This document shows positions 20,201 to 27,650 of a stretch of 64,000 nt of DNA, one piece after another. The notes beneath the pieces are model-generated. The model had not been told where the DNA came from, did no database searches, and saw only the letters and a list, made by a program, of their open reading frames with translations. Within the stretch, counting starts at the first letter, position 1, and each line of letters starts with the position of its first letter. The DNA is from a virus, in IMG/VR virus record IMGVR_UViG_3300033183_000058, positions 9,854 through 73,853 of that record; one strand, written 5' to 3'. The position numbers and the translations under genes were made by a program.

Positions 20201-21686
20201 CCGAATCGGTATATGTTTCTGGTGTTTTAAAATCTTCTACTGCTAGTAATTTAATTGCAGTGCCAACACCTTCTACATAATATTCTTTATCCTGGTATAA
20301 AGCAGGTTCTGTTGTGCCACGGAATTGAACTTTTAAGCCATTGGTAAATTCTACACCGTTAGGGCTAGTATAAGCAGTTTTACCTACAATATCATCAACA
20401 TCCAGTGTTAATTGATCAGCTTGATCAACAATTTTAATTACGCCAAACTTAGTAGCATCATTGCCATCCTGATACCATAGTTGGTCCATGACTGCTGTTA
20501 ATAGAGGTTGTTCCTCAAAGTAACCTTCTGCATTTTTCCAGAATGTTCTTGACGCATTTACTGTGCCATATTGTATTTCTACTTTTGAATTCTGTGCAAC
20601 TGTCTGAATTGAGTTTAGTTTAATATAATCTCTACCATCAGGTCCTTCTACATATTCAATACGCCAAATTGAATAACGCTGTGCCTGTGTTGATATCTCT
20701 GTTTCCTGTGCATATGAATCTATATCAAAGTTAGCATTGTCAAATTGCTCAGTTCTGCGCCATCCTGATATCTCTGGATCAGTTTGCGTGTTGCGATTTA
20801 AAAAGATTAAAGTTCTACCTTCTAGATCTCTAATTTCATCAATACCATCTGTATCTTCTAAGAAAGTGTCAACGTAACGACCATTAATTTGGTCAAATTT
20901 AAGATCAGTTGCTAGATCTACTTCGCCTAGATCAGTTAAATTAAAATAAAAATTCTGTGCAGTTGAATCAGGAACATTAAACGTTACTGTGCCGTTATCT
21001 TCACCATTGTTGGTAACACCTAGTATACCTCTTGCTGATATGTTAGGGCTCTGTGTTAGACCACCCTGTGTTCCTGGTGATGCTTGTATCCAAAAAGGAT
21101 TACCTGTTTGCCCTAGTTCAAATGTATAGTTGCCGCCTCTGACTAAAGTAATAGTTGGATTATCACCTGCTTGACCTTCAAGACTATATCCATCGTCACC
21201 TCTAGTAACTTCATAACTATCACTGGTAGCAATTTCTGTTGCTTGAACATCAACTGAATCTGGGCCACCACTGAGCCAATAGTATTGGCTAAAGTTAACA
21301 AACTTGTCGTAGTCTATAAATGGGTCCCAGGTATAAAATTCACTTGAAAATAATCGATCGTGTCGGCTAGTATTACCACCCGCTACACCAATGGTATCAA
21401 TTATCTCAGGATATGTAACTAAATCTTCAGTTTTAGTTGTATTTGCTTTTTTATATGTAACAGCTGGTTCTAATTGATAGTTAGTGCGTTCAGTATCGCT
21501 TTCTAATACATAACTGTCTGCAGGATTTACACCTAGACCATACTTACGACCAATGTATCCTTCTACACGCTGTAGGCGTGATGGTTGAATCATTTGATCT
21601 AAAGTAGATGCTAGAAACTTTTTATTAGTCTCTGTTCTAAATATTTCAGGTAGTAGATCTACTGATCTTACTCTAGTTGTTGCCAT
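8283..21686 (-). CDS. Giant baseplate wedge protein (gp7-like), 4467 aa
   Basis: Follows the gp6-like gene; ITEGGSGY..P.V motifs; FG-GAP-like repeats; VKPYH motif; GDGS..F modules. Confidence 0.75.
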   Translation of the reverse strand: MATTRVRSVDLLPEIFRTETNKKFLASTLDQMIQPSRLQRVEGYIGRKYGLGVNPADSYVLESDTERTNYQLEPAVTYKKANTTKTEDLVTYPEIIDTIGVAGGNTSRHDRLFSSEFYTWDPFIDYDKFVNFSQYYWLSGGPDSVDVQATEIATSDSYEVTRGDDGYSLEGQAGDNPTITLVRGGNYTFELGQTGNPFWIQASPGTQGGLTQSPNISARGILGVTNNGEDNGTVTFNVPDSTAQNFYFNLTDLGEVDLATDLKFDQINGRYVDTFLEDTDGIDEIRDLEGRTLIFLNRNTQTDPEISGWRRTEQFDNANFDIDSYAQETEISTQAQRYSIWRIEYVEGPDGRDYIKLNSIQTVAQNSKVEIQYGTVNASRTFWKNAEGYFEEQPLLTAVMDQLWYQDGNDATKFGVIKIVDQADQLTLDVDDIVGKTAYTSPNGVEFTNGLKVQFRGTTEPALYQDKEYYVEGVGTAIKLLAVEDFKTPETYTDSETLPFDSTAYDASPWDESLNAPKDADYYTINRASLDKNAWTRSNRWFHVDVITKTAEYNNTTAILDQNLRAKRPVLEFKPGLRLYNYGTEALEEIDIIDLNQTDALSNVNGKTGYSTDGYGLVTGSRIIFANDLDPEVRNKIYQVELIDQDGVSSTAKIINLTEASDASITTDQVVYLSSGATLQGKAYRYNGTSWVEAQQKTSVNQSPLFDIFDSNGRSLGDNTYYPSTNFTGTKLFSYADGSGAVDPILNQKLKYLNIDNVGDIVFDNNLEKDTFTYTVDSTSTTKSINFGFVHNYTTRTAYDQEIGWKKHNNKSIQYQVLTFTWAGVDLICDVPAKTSVENPVIVYVNNVYQEPSRYSYTTSSTQTTVTFGTDYTPTAGDNVVVKLQSDLASTAGFYEVPDNLANNSVNGTFNDITLGTIRNHYIDLAQHITELSGSVLGKNNIRDLGDVVPYGNKIVQQGSPIQFAATFMRDSNINFFKALDFAATEYEKYKWKLVEAFSNNDFQGTVRDQLDQAIQFVNTGKENSMPFYWSDTIPCGDVYTETTYTVTAIDDSIFDLTQTYDFTKANYKGLLVYLNDEQLLYNTDYTVPANVARVDISKTLAVGDVLVIREYESTAGSYIPSTPTKLGLYGRYDPEIVSDDTYTETKNVIVGHDGSRTVAFGDARDDLLLEFEKRIYNNIKVDLTNTIPLCYQDVAPGKFRTTDYTQAEITDILGTSFLSWVAWNRLDYKDQDYDADDQKTWNYSSAQDTVDGELLLGHWRGIFNDFYDTDSPHVRPWEMIGFTEKPSWWNTKYGPAPYTSGNEVLWDDLEAGRIWDGTDSYTVDEKYKRTGLSSVLPITDEGELKTAFDTMTGNYDSLSLKKSWVVGDQGPVESAWRKSSAYPFAVMRLLALTKPAEFFALNADRDLYKRDSGLDQILYNGRSRITTSDLVIYGADTPKHSYINWSVDYARKQGIDTNTAIEETLDNMDVQLTYRMASYSDKEYLKIFTEKTSPNSNNTSLLLPDESYEIFLHNNEVFDTVEYSSVIIQKTDDGWAVYGNSKLDPYFEIFTSIPNGNYKTISVGSESVRVSSDYETAVTRIPYGYVFTSRSTMCDFLISYGRYLEAKGMVFDDVDNAYLLDWTQMIREFLYWSQQGWTTGSLININPNANRLYLQKDNTVVAPITGQTADDFILNQNLRAISNSDLVFNRQENEFEVKTVNENAISYAKMKMTSYEHVLVFDNSSIFNDLIYDPITGSRQNRLKVVGYNTGDWNGNIEAQGFIFNFDNVVEWAGIKRYAKGDIVLYKNQYYAAAESVPPSDTFDYSKWLETEYDQIKKGLLPNLNLKTDQLRNYYDHNIANLETDADQLGFHLVGFSERDYMTNMGLTDISQVRVYENFIGNKGTNRAVDLFKSARLPKELADYSVSENWAVKQGTYGASANRSFYELRLDESLMSANPATTGLAVSDSRTDVDQTVILSDIYKQSYKITSANVLPTVEYVSSENNLSTAGYVNTDDVDIQTWDLSNLGLITPYLETLGEGTTIWVAKDNSHDWNIYRAGTVEPTLLSATDNLDGTTTLSFQGNHGLAKDDIIIVRFFDAAINFAYRVQSVPALHKVTILQSLPADITVVESEGVVFKLNSVRVAQPSDTADLPFANELDPGNRVWINDNGSDKWQVIEKVNPFEKQNSFEPYGVYENTVTDEDLVNTNFGSSVAQNANNLTALVGADNYDGGNGAVFTFVETANNKFAQNSILTGSSASNLEGYGNDVAFADETWGLAGASESNNGEGYVWVLKQENSNQISEHQLMVNPSDANDEANYGHAVAISDDGRWAYVSAPGKNSVYAYQRVDRQVQQFRSTGDGSTRQYDLTGFVLADDADQLVVVVNNVELETNEYSFTSTVSSTGVLTLDTAPGDGETVVVTRRETVTLTGDGSTEIFDITGLYTADGFNSIFVTVDGIVQIPKIDFDFSYDSSDTFTFENAPADGATITVRSSDYFEYVSSIVGSVGEDFGYSLATTTDGRQVIVGARTAGGEGKVYVYDRDVERIVVTDDTDKTYVSDKSPQGRVAVSINGEYLTNKAHYLGGTYTLSGSTVTLDTAPNLGDFVEIETNNFMLLDTVTKTESSADAEFGYDVTICPTNCSLYASAPYDSLVGPEQGSVQRAVNQSRLYGTITGTVANPTVTQGEKIRINNVVVEFTGTTLDQVVEDINDAVIPNVTATKTNNKLTISLTNINAGAVSNKLYVYPAGDNSDALDDLGLEIFKSVQTITSPVPVNNSRFGQSLSVSSDALTLVVGSPRGVSQLPTTFDSETTEFDGNATEIKEVVTQSGSVYTFDYLSSAPDIISNPGKFVVGQQISDIVVSELAEFGHAVDYKSGSVIVTSPGHTAGDGSSTVGRIAIWDNPNREFAWKVIREEESVVDIDRINTGFIYDRLDKEVKANLDHFDPLQGKILGAVRQNIDIIGPTDPAQYNLGAVNNSGQTWGAESVGKIWWNTENIRFINYYQGDSEYRAKRLGQLFEGSVAEFYEWTESSQPPAQYSGQGQVLSTENFVVKTSVAVSGTIETKYYFWVKDNPNVGRGKTLSSLTMKQYTEDPKSSGIAYFTPLDSSTLALYNSQEYLSAKDRILHVEFDKVKTDNNVHVEYELIKTNDPTEFLSTQLYKKFVDSYAGVDSIGNKVPDPFLSEADSYGVEFRPRQSMFEDRFTALKNYITRANKVFAEHPITEMRTLDILASEEATPASGSGAWDKKLNTYDELTYQNLKLVATGYKYLVVNDSTNGNLWTIYEVQADDSLLLTRVQNYKTSNYWSYVDWYAEGYSSLDKPKEEVASYSRLVTVENLVVEGDIVKVTANADSKFELYERTATGWSRIGLEDGTIAINTSVYDYSTGRNGFDVEVFDAQYFDAEPVVETRQIIKSINDEILIDDLADHRIDLINLTFEYIKSEQTAVNWLMKTSLVDIQHTLRDLIPYDIYQVDNQEFVEKYIEEVKPYHVQIKEFTLKYNGDELFYGDATDFDLPAQYDEVETTFISPRLSDDGKVGSYPSTANIWSTGNYTSWYNNYSLSIDSVSITEGGSGYLTAPEVTVTGTATTTAVLKARINTAGEVVEIEVVNAGEGYTEPPTITISGGSGSGATAVAITSPGAVRSYKTTIKYDRYEYQSEIVDWEANETYDAGDLVRYNNKVYRAKNEDDSALVVSGATFDPDDFELVTADELTGVNRTRGYYTPAVDEPGIDLGLLIAGIDYPGVQVKGVLYSQNTGFDIGNYDINPYDNLDFGDEGEPTYSPSLLDTKYAPGDYTDTYLGTQVSDINVDGGAYIDTYSSHSPEELVPSSIFDTLNIKVFTRPGFDYNEDGHGAPFKSEMFEYTGVESTFSFANLVENPFAVRAFNATTGLTLRFEYVTPAENTVDYTVDWLNKTITFNGNNISVGDVLRIESYGIGGGNQLWVDNYDVGDILIDDSSEGAYIDVPVAFDEIYEAMIKVNGSRVTNYTFREVDDYTTRITFGDQDLDNNGTSDWDKVKEFSTEPLEDGDYMAVAIFGYDGRDPSSIPGYVTHDESLPHSSSHPTSQIMYGDNTTTEFVLENDIQGHNAYTAVVEVDGKRLTPAEGLEFTADGSSAIYYLNLTNWKTTEDLFQTLIADNDVHVFVDYKELKLYEDFTLSPADASSIRYVELNEVPDADADIKIFVETSAEYKISYSGVPVSDSLNRITFNTAPITGARILVTTDNNTSELDILTRCFNGPTAIGSVLTVGFDSEASGFDSATFDETTGQVTDLSQYDLDRTITRPDRLRVTVNGLRKYLGRDWRINADGQTLEFLSTTVSDNDVVVVTLQTEKQVPDTLDFAIFKDMRDNNVIYRTNKDYRTELAQALTADADTIYLKDASKVSAPDLANNIFGVVTIDGERITYRERDVTNNTISGLRRGVAGTGASAHAVDAVVYDTSLGTKLDYAYNKTLYELPTVDDGSTVRTTKSLQDANTVPAKFLRGENS

Positions 21687-24600
21687 TAAGCGACTCCACT
21701 GTTAGTTGCTGTTCTTAATACTGTTGATGTTAGTGCGTCTACCACTTCAACGTCGTTGACTGTGGCCGCATTAACAAATATTTCATTTGGTGCTGAACGA
21801 ATTTCATATAAATCACCAAATGACTTTGTTGGATCACTTGGAACCAGAACAACACTTGATACAATATCACCTAGTTGTTCATGTAGATATGCTGATAATT
21901 CTGAGAAATAAAATGTATCACCAAAGTCCCATTTATCAATTGTAAAATATTCATTCATTGCTTCAATTACACGTGATTTAATTTCACTGGTTGAAGTAAT
22001 TACGCCCTGATACTTGATAACTTTAATTGTTGCCTGTAGTTCGCTGGCACTCTTTGCACCAAATAGTGGTTTAAATTTAACAGAATTCATAATCATGTTG
22101 TCACTCAACATCTTATAATCCTGTAGTCCTGCATAAGCAACTGTTAATTCATCAATGGTAGGTCTTGTTGGTTCTGTAACTTTGCCAGTTGTATCATTAA
22201 TCCAGTTTTGATATGCTGTATAGTAAGCATTAGTTGCCAAATATAGATCAACAATGTTGGTAATCGCTGGATCAATTCTATGTCCATCACCCGAATTATG
22301 TTTATAATGGAAATATAAATTCTGTCGACCTGTTTTTGCTTCGTAGTCTGTGGTCTGTGTCAGTGTATATGTCGTGCCTGACACTGTAAGTTCATAAAAC
22401 TTTTCATCAGTTATGCCATAAAATACTTGTCCGTCTAGATATTCTGTTTTTGCTAGTTCCATAGCATCTAGATCAGCATACAGTGTATTAACAACTCCAC
22501 TGGCTACTGGCACATATCTTTCTAGGTTGTCAAAGTCTGTAGTTTTCTGCAGGAATACTTTTTTAGTTGCGGCATTTACTGTTGGCGCCACAATGTCCTT
22601 AAAGATGTCTGGGTTATCTGCTACACCATCTGCATCTGAGTCTGCATAACTCACTAATACTTTAAAGTTGTCAATAAATCCATCTGTTTCAACTGTTTGA
22701 CCAACAACATCTAATTTAATATCTGTTGACAGTGCTGAATTTGAATCAGGTTGTGAATTCATTTTAATAACATTTACAAAGTCATTGACTACTTTACCAG
22801 TAGTAGCGTCATAAATGTTGTCATTGTCATCATAGATAAATCTATTTTCTGCTACTGAAGCAAAATAATAATTTAAATTACGATATTTTACTGTATAGGT
22901 AGTGCCATCTGTGGTAAACTGTGCTAACCATGATGCATCTCTCTGTAGTCTGTCTGTGTTTTTAGCATAACTTAGGCTAAATTCAGCATCTTCGTCTAGG
23001 TTGTCTGCTGAAATAATATACCAGTCACCTGTTTGATTATCGAAGCCTATACCAAAGTCTCTATAAAGTTCAACTTGCTCAATCATTGATGTTTCAATTG
23101 AGTTTGGAATGTCTGTTACAAACACTGGAATTATTTCAGTGACATCAGCACCTGTTGGTAAGAAGTCATTTAGTGTTACAGGACCAGATCCATCGCTTAA
23201 ATTACCGTCACCAAAGTTAGTGCCGTCTCCTGTTAAACTTGTCACAGTTGCCCATACAACTAATTTCTCATCAGCACCTGTTGGTGTGCCTGCTTTTAAT
23301 TTATTATTACTATCAAAATAATATCCTGTTGGTGCCTCGAATTTAATTAATGCACCGTTGACAATGTATTTTGTATTACCCGAAGCAATTTCTCCAACTG
23401 ATATTGGATTACCAGCGGCATTTTTAAAATAACCTGTTGACTGATTAGTTGTTGTAGTTGACTGTTGCCATAATATGTCTGTTGATGTTAGATCAATTCT
23501 AGCAAATTTATCATTATAAAAATGACGCATACTGCGATCTGCTAGTTTAGGCTCTAGTGTGTTTACAATAGCACTTGAAATATCATTAGTGTCAACAAAG
23601 GTAAATGTAAAGTTTGGATCAAGATATTCTTGATATATCATGCCGTCACTGCAGAATGAATTAGTAGATGAATATTTGCCTGTTGGATCTAATAAATCCA
23701 AATATCTATTAAGACCAATACTTGATCTGCCAACTGCTTTTGATTTTAATATTGATGTATACTGTGTGTATGGGAAGTTATTGTAGTCTTCACCATTGAC
23801 CATTCTATTCTGTGTATAGAATCTAGCAGGAGCTCTAGTTTTAATTTCATCTAGTGTTTCTCTTGCTTTGGCATTTGTTACAGGTTCTTGTAAGCCAAGT
23901 GTAAATATAATAGTTTCGTTTCTGCCATTACGTGATGTATATGGTAAGCTCACTGTCACTGATTGAATTTCGTTTGGATTAATTACATATTCTAAACCAT
24001 TTGAAGTTCTTAGATATGTTCTATATGTGCCTACAGGTATTTTTGAAAATACACCATCACCAAAATTAATTGTAATAGTATCATTAGCACCTGACTCCAC
24101 TGAATAAACTGTTCTTTGTTGTCCGTCTACTGAAGGTGTAGCACCTACACCATAAATTGAATCTACTTTAGTCCATTCAGTTAATAAATTATTTTCAACT
24201 TCAAATAACCACACGTCTGAATTATTAACACCATCTATAGCAACGTCAACTTCTCTGTTTGAAATGCGTTCACCTAGATTAAATTGTTGATTAACTAAAC
24301 TACCTTGTTTGAATAGGAAGAAGTAACCAGTATTTGCTGAGCCATAGCCTAGTTTATCGTTACGATAAAGAACATTCATTTGTCCATCGGGCTGTGGTGC
24401 TGGTTCATAGATATATGTTTTGTCTGCTGATGTTGCTGATGTTACTTCAAATGTCATACCTACGCCATCTACAGTAGCATCAAAAGGCACAACTGGCAAA
24501 TAACCAGAAGTTACATTTAATTCATATTCATCTGTTTGCACACCTAGTAGACTTTGACCGTGACCTGGACGACCATAACGTTGACTACTGACCATAGCGG

Positions 24601-25084
24601 CATTCATAACAGCATTAAATTGCTCAAACCAATCACCATTGGTAGCATCATTCCAACGCACTGTTACACCTGATAAATTTAGACCATTGTAGTCAGTAAC
24701 TGATTCAGTAGTTGATACTGCTGTAACTTTAATATAGCCCTGTGCGTTTTGATTACGTTTAGGTTTATATCCAACTAGCTCTGCTAGTTTAACTACTGAT
24801 TCTCTACGCTCTGCTGTGTCAATAAAGTTTTCACGTGCATTTAAGTCATTGCGGAAAGCAAGACCTTGTCCCATAAAGGACATAAGATCTAATAGAGCAA
24901 TAAACTCACTGGATTCAATAAAGTCATTGAATGTCTCAGGATAATATAATCTGAGATAGTCAACCATTGACTTTCTTAGAGTCTCGTAGTCGTAACTTTG
25001 TAGGTCTGCTTCACGGAAAGTCTGATATAATCTCTTCCAGTCCTCCGCTCCAAATATTGCTGTTTGTCTAGTAGTTTTCGCCAT
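21686..25084 (-). CDS. gp6: Baseplate wedge subunit gp6-like
   Basis: DYETLRKSMVDYL, SVVKLAELVGYKP, INFGDGVFSKIP, ETLDEIKTRAP..F.TQNRMVNGEDY match the gp6/baseplate J pattern. Confidence 0.88.
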   Translation of the reverse strand: MAKTTRQTAIFGAEDWKRLYQTFREADLQSYDYETLRKSMVDYLRLYYPETFNDFIESSEFIALLDLMSFMGQGLAFRNDLNARENFIDTAERRESVVKLAELVGYKPKRNQNAQGYIKVTAVSTTESVTDYNGLNLSGVTVRWNDATNGDWFEQFNAVMNAAMVSSQRYGRPGHGQSLLGVQTDEYELNVTSGYLPVVPFDATVDGVGMTFEVTSATSADKTYIYEPAPQPDGQMNVLYRNDKLGYGSANTGYFFLFKQGSLVNQQFNLGERISNREVDVAIDGVNNSDVWLFEVENNLLTEWTKVDSIYGVGATPSVDGQQRTVYSVESGANDTITINFGDGVFSKIPVGTYRTYLRTSNGLEYVINPNEIQSVTVSLPYTSRNGRNETIIFTLGLQEPVTNAKARETLDEIKTRAPARFYTQNRMVNGEDYNNFPYTQYTSILKSKAVGRSSIGLNRYLDLLDPTGKYSSTNSFCSDGMIYQEYLDPNFTFTFVDTNDISSAIVNTLEPKLADRSMRHFYNDKFARIDLTSTDILWQQSTTTTNQSTGYFKNAAGNPISVGEIASGNTKYIVNGALIKFEAPTGYYFDSNNKLKAGTPTGADEKLVVWATVTSLTGDGTNFGDGNLSDGSGPVTLNDFLPTGADVTEIIPVFVTDIPNSIETSMIEQVELYRDFGIGFDNQTGDWYIISADNLDEDAEFSLSYAKNTDRLQRDASWLAQFTTDGTTYTVKYRNLNYYFASVAENRFIYDDNDNIYDATTGKVVNDFVNVIKMNSQPDSNSALSTDIKLDVVGQTVETDGFIDNFKVLVSYADSDADGVADNPDIFKDIVAPTVNAATKKVFLQKTTDFDNLERYVPVASGVVNTLYADLDAMELAKTEYLDGQVFYGITDEKFYELTVSGTTYTLTQTTDYEAKTGRQNLYFHYKHNSGDGHRIDPAITNIVDLYLATNAYYTAYQNWINDTTGKVTEPTRPTIDELTVAYAGLQDYKMLSDNMIMNSVKFKPLFGAKSASELQATIKVIKYQGVITSTSEIKSRVIEAMNEYFTIDKWDFGDTFYFSELSAYLHEQLGDIVSSVVLVPSDPTKSFGDLYEIRSAPNEIFVNAATVNDVEVVDALTSTVLRTATNSGVA

Positions 25085-25138
25085 AATATTTCTCTGTTAT
25101 CCAATATTTATCACTTGGATAAACTGTGTATATTATAA

Positions 25139-25513
25139 TTACTGGGCTAAAACTGTATTTTTATTTTGATCAAAAAATAAGGATAAACGTTGAACTTCTG
25201 TGGTAGGTAATACTGTAACATCAAGTTCTATTAGGACTCCGTTTTCCTGAGGATATACTGTTTGTCTTTCTAATTTTACTCTAGGGTCTTGTTCAATGGT
25301 TCTACGTAGTTCTACTTCAATGTCTTGCATGACTTCATCTGTCATTGGTTCAAATATTATGTTCCATATTGAAGTGCCGTAACTAGGATTACCAGGTTTT
25401 TCTCCCTGTTTAATTAATAGACTGTTGAGAATATCTCGTTTAACTAATTCGTAGTCTTCTAAACGAAATTTCTTTTCTTGTCCAATTGTATTAAATCCGT
25501 AGTAGGTTGCCAT
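25139..25513 (-). CDS. gp25: Baseplate wedge subunit gp25-like
   Basis: LLIKQGEKPGNPSYGTSIWNIIFEP...IEQDPRV; position between gp5 and gp6. Confidence 0.9.
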   Translation of the reverse strand: MATYYGFNTIGQEKKFRLEDYELVKRDILNSLLIKQGEKPGNPSYGTSIWNIIFEPMTDEVMQDIEVELRRTIEQDPRVKLERQTVYPQENGVLIELDVTVLPTTEVQRLSLFFDQNKNTVLAQ

Positions 25514-25521
25514 AATAGTAT

Positions 25522-27642
25522 TTATTCGCCGGTGATTGTTGGATTGTTAATGGTTGCATTAACTGTGTCAGTTATGCCTTGATCGTTAATTGTGTTTGAA
25601 TATCCACCCGGTGAACTAAATGCTGACACTGTGGTAGACACTTTTTCATCTGTAAATGCTACAGCAAACTGTCCGTCTCTCACTGACTGTGATATTCCAT
25701 TTTTAGTTACTGAATTTAAATCTCTACCTTTGGCCCATTTAACTGTGTTGTCTACTCCATACTCTACCGAACCTGTGAGTATACCACCTAGGTCTCCGGG
25801 TGCTTCTGTGCCTTTTAATACACCATTGGATCTTAATTTTGAGAAACTGTCTTGCATGGTCAACTGCACTGCCGACTCCTGTGCTGATGTTGAATTTAAA
25901 AATGCTGGTAAGTCACTGATGCCATCTTTTTCTGTCCAGAAGTTAGTGTTGTTTAATAGTCGTTCAGTGTCTGCAGGATCCTTAAGATAGTTTGCTGTAG
26001 TTCCTGGTGTTAGATACCCTGCACGTTCTAATTGTTCTGCTGATATTCCAAACTTACCTGCACCTTTTGCCAGACTAAAGTCTTGATAACCTTGACCAGT
26101 ATTTTTAGCAATCTGTGCTTTAATACCTGTTAATTGATCTTGATTCAATGTGCCAATTTCAACAGTTGCTCTTTCTACACTGGTATAGTCATCAATAGCA
26201 ATACCGTTAGGTGAAAATTGTGCCGCTGACTGTAGAGCTTCTGTGGTATATTCTGGAAATTCTGTGTTTAATGTTCCTGTGTAGTCTACAGAGTTCTGTG
26301 TTCCTCTGTTGTGATATGGCCATGGTTCATGTGAGGGCACTCTAGTAGCAATAGTTTCTAACTGCCCGCCTTGTGCTGTCCATTCGGTAGTAAACTCTGT
26401 GTCTGCTACTTTATTTTTTCTTATACCTGTAGCCGCTGATACTGGAACACCTGCACCCGAATTAAGTGAAATACAGTCTGCTGAAAATACTAGACTGTCG
26501 CCTCCATCAAATGATCCTAATTCTTCTGCGTCTAAAGCCAAGACATTATCTGAACGTGCTACTAATTTTAATTTCGAATATAATTTTAATTCTGCTTCAC
26601 TGCGAATACTTGTCAATGTAGACTCTAATTTCATATTAGCATTACTAAACGCATTAAAGTTTCTACCTGCATACATGTTAATATCATTGTCAGCATGTAG
26701 ATTAATATCACCTTTGGTTCTTACGTTGACTGAATTAGTAGAAAATACATCTAGTGTTCCTTCTCGGCCTAGTTCAACCCAAGCATGTCCATTGGCATGT
26801 GTAATATAAATTGAGTTGCCACTGTCACTGAGTGTAATTTGATGACCTTTTGATGTTCTAATACGAACTAATTGATCATTTCCGTCTTTATCACCGTCAT
26901 CCATGACAAAACTATGACCGCCTCGTCTAGCCAGTGTATTAATTAGTGTAGCGTCAACTGCGATTGCAGGCCCTGGTGTTGAAAAGCCAAATACTTTTGA
27001 AGGTGATTCTCTGTGACTTGATGATCCAATAACACCTCTAACAGGATCTCTTAATAGTCCTTGAAATGCTAGTTGTCCTGCTAATACATCATGGACAGGT
27101 TTTGCTCTGTTATAAAATTGAGGATCTTCAGATATGTCAACTGATTTTACATTAATTTCAGTTACTGGCAGTTTATTATATGTGTCGCCCCAGTTTGATG
27201 TTTTAACATAGTTACTGGTAGCACCAATTGCAGGTAGCATGTGACCAATACCTGGTTCTATAATACTGCCAAGATAGTAGCCTAGGTTAGGATCACCATT
27301 GGCAAAGAAACATAATACTTTAGTGCCAATGTCAGGTGCTGACCACCACATACCATAACTCTGTCTATTAAAAAAGTCGCCTGTTTCATCAGCGCCAAAG
27401 TTTTGATTATTTTGATTAGTTACACCCATGTAAGGAGAAAGGTAACTCACAGTTCTCCATGATGCTGGGTCGTTTTCATTACCGCCGTAGGTTTCTAAAT
27501 ATACCTGTATCCTACCGGAACGTGTTGGGTCAATATTATTTTTTACTATGCCTACTAAAGGGCCTGGTGTAGTAACTGCACCGCCTTTATCATATTTGTA
27601 AGCACCTGCTTGTCCAATATTTCTGTTTATATTTTCTGCCAT
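25522..27642 (-). CDS. gp5: Baseplate central spike gp5/VgrG-like
   Basis: OB-fold motifs GIVKNNIDPTRSGRIQV and PDIGTKVLCFF; beta-helix repeats; HEPW tip motif; C-terminal extension. Confidence 0.8.
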   Translation of the reverse strand: MAENINRNIGQAGAYKYDKGGAVTTPGPLVGIVKNNIDPTRSGRIQVYLETYGGNENDPASWRTVSYLSPYMGVTNQNNQNFGADETGDFFNRQSYGMWWSAPDIGTKVLCFFANGDPNLGYYLGSIIEPGIGHMLPAIGATSNYVKTSNWGDTYNKLPVTEINVKSVDISEDPQFYNRAKPVHDVLAGQLAFQGLLRDPVRGVIGSSSHRESPSKVFGFSTPGPAIAVDATLINTLARRGGHSFVMDDGDKDGNDQLVRIRTSKGHQITLSDSGNSIYITHANGHAWVELGREGTLDVFSTNSVNVRTKGDINLHADNDINMYAGRNFNAFSNANMKLESTLTSIRSEAELKLYSKLKLVARSDNVLALDAEELGSFDGGDSLVFSADCISLNSGAGVPVSAATGIRKNKVADTEFTTEWTAQGGQLETIATRVPSHEPWPYHNRGTQNSVDYTGTLNTEFPEYTTEALQSAAQFSPNGIAIDDYTSVERATVEIGTLNQDQLTGIKAQIAKNTGQGYQDFSLAKGAGKFGISAEQLERAGYLTPGTTANYLKDPADTERLLNNTNFWTEKDGISDLPAFLNSTSAQESAVQLTMQDSFSKLRSNGVLKGTEAPGDLGGILTGSVEYGVDNTVKWAKGRDLNSVTKNGISQSVRDGQFAVAFTDEKVSTTVSAFSSPGGYSNTINDQGITDTVNATINNPTITGE

Positions 27643-27650
27643 GTGTCTAT

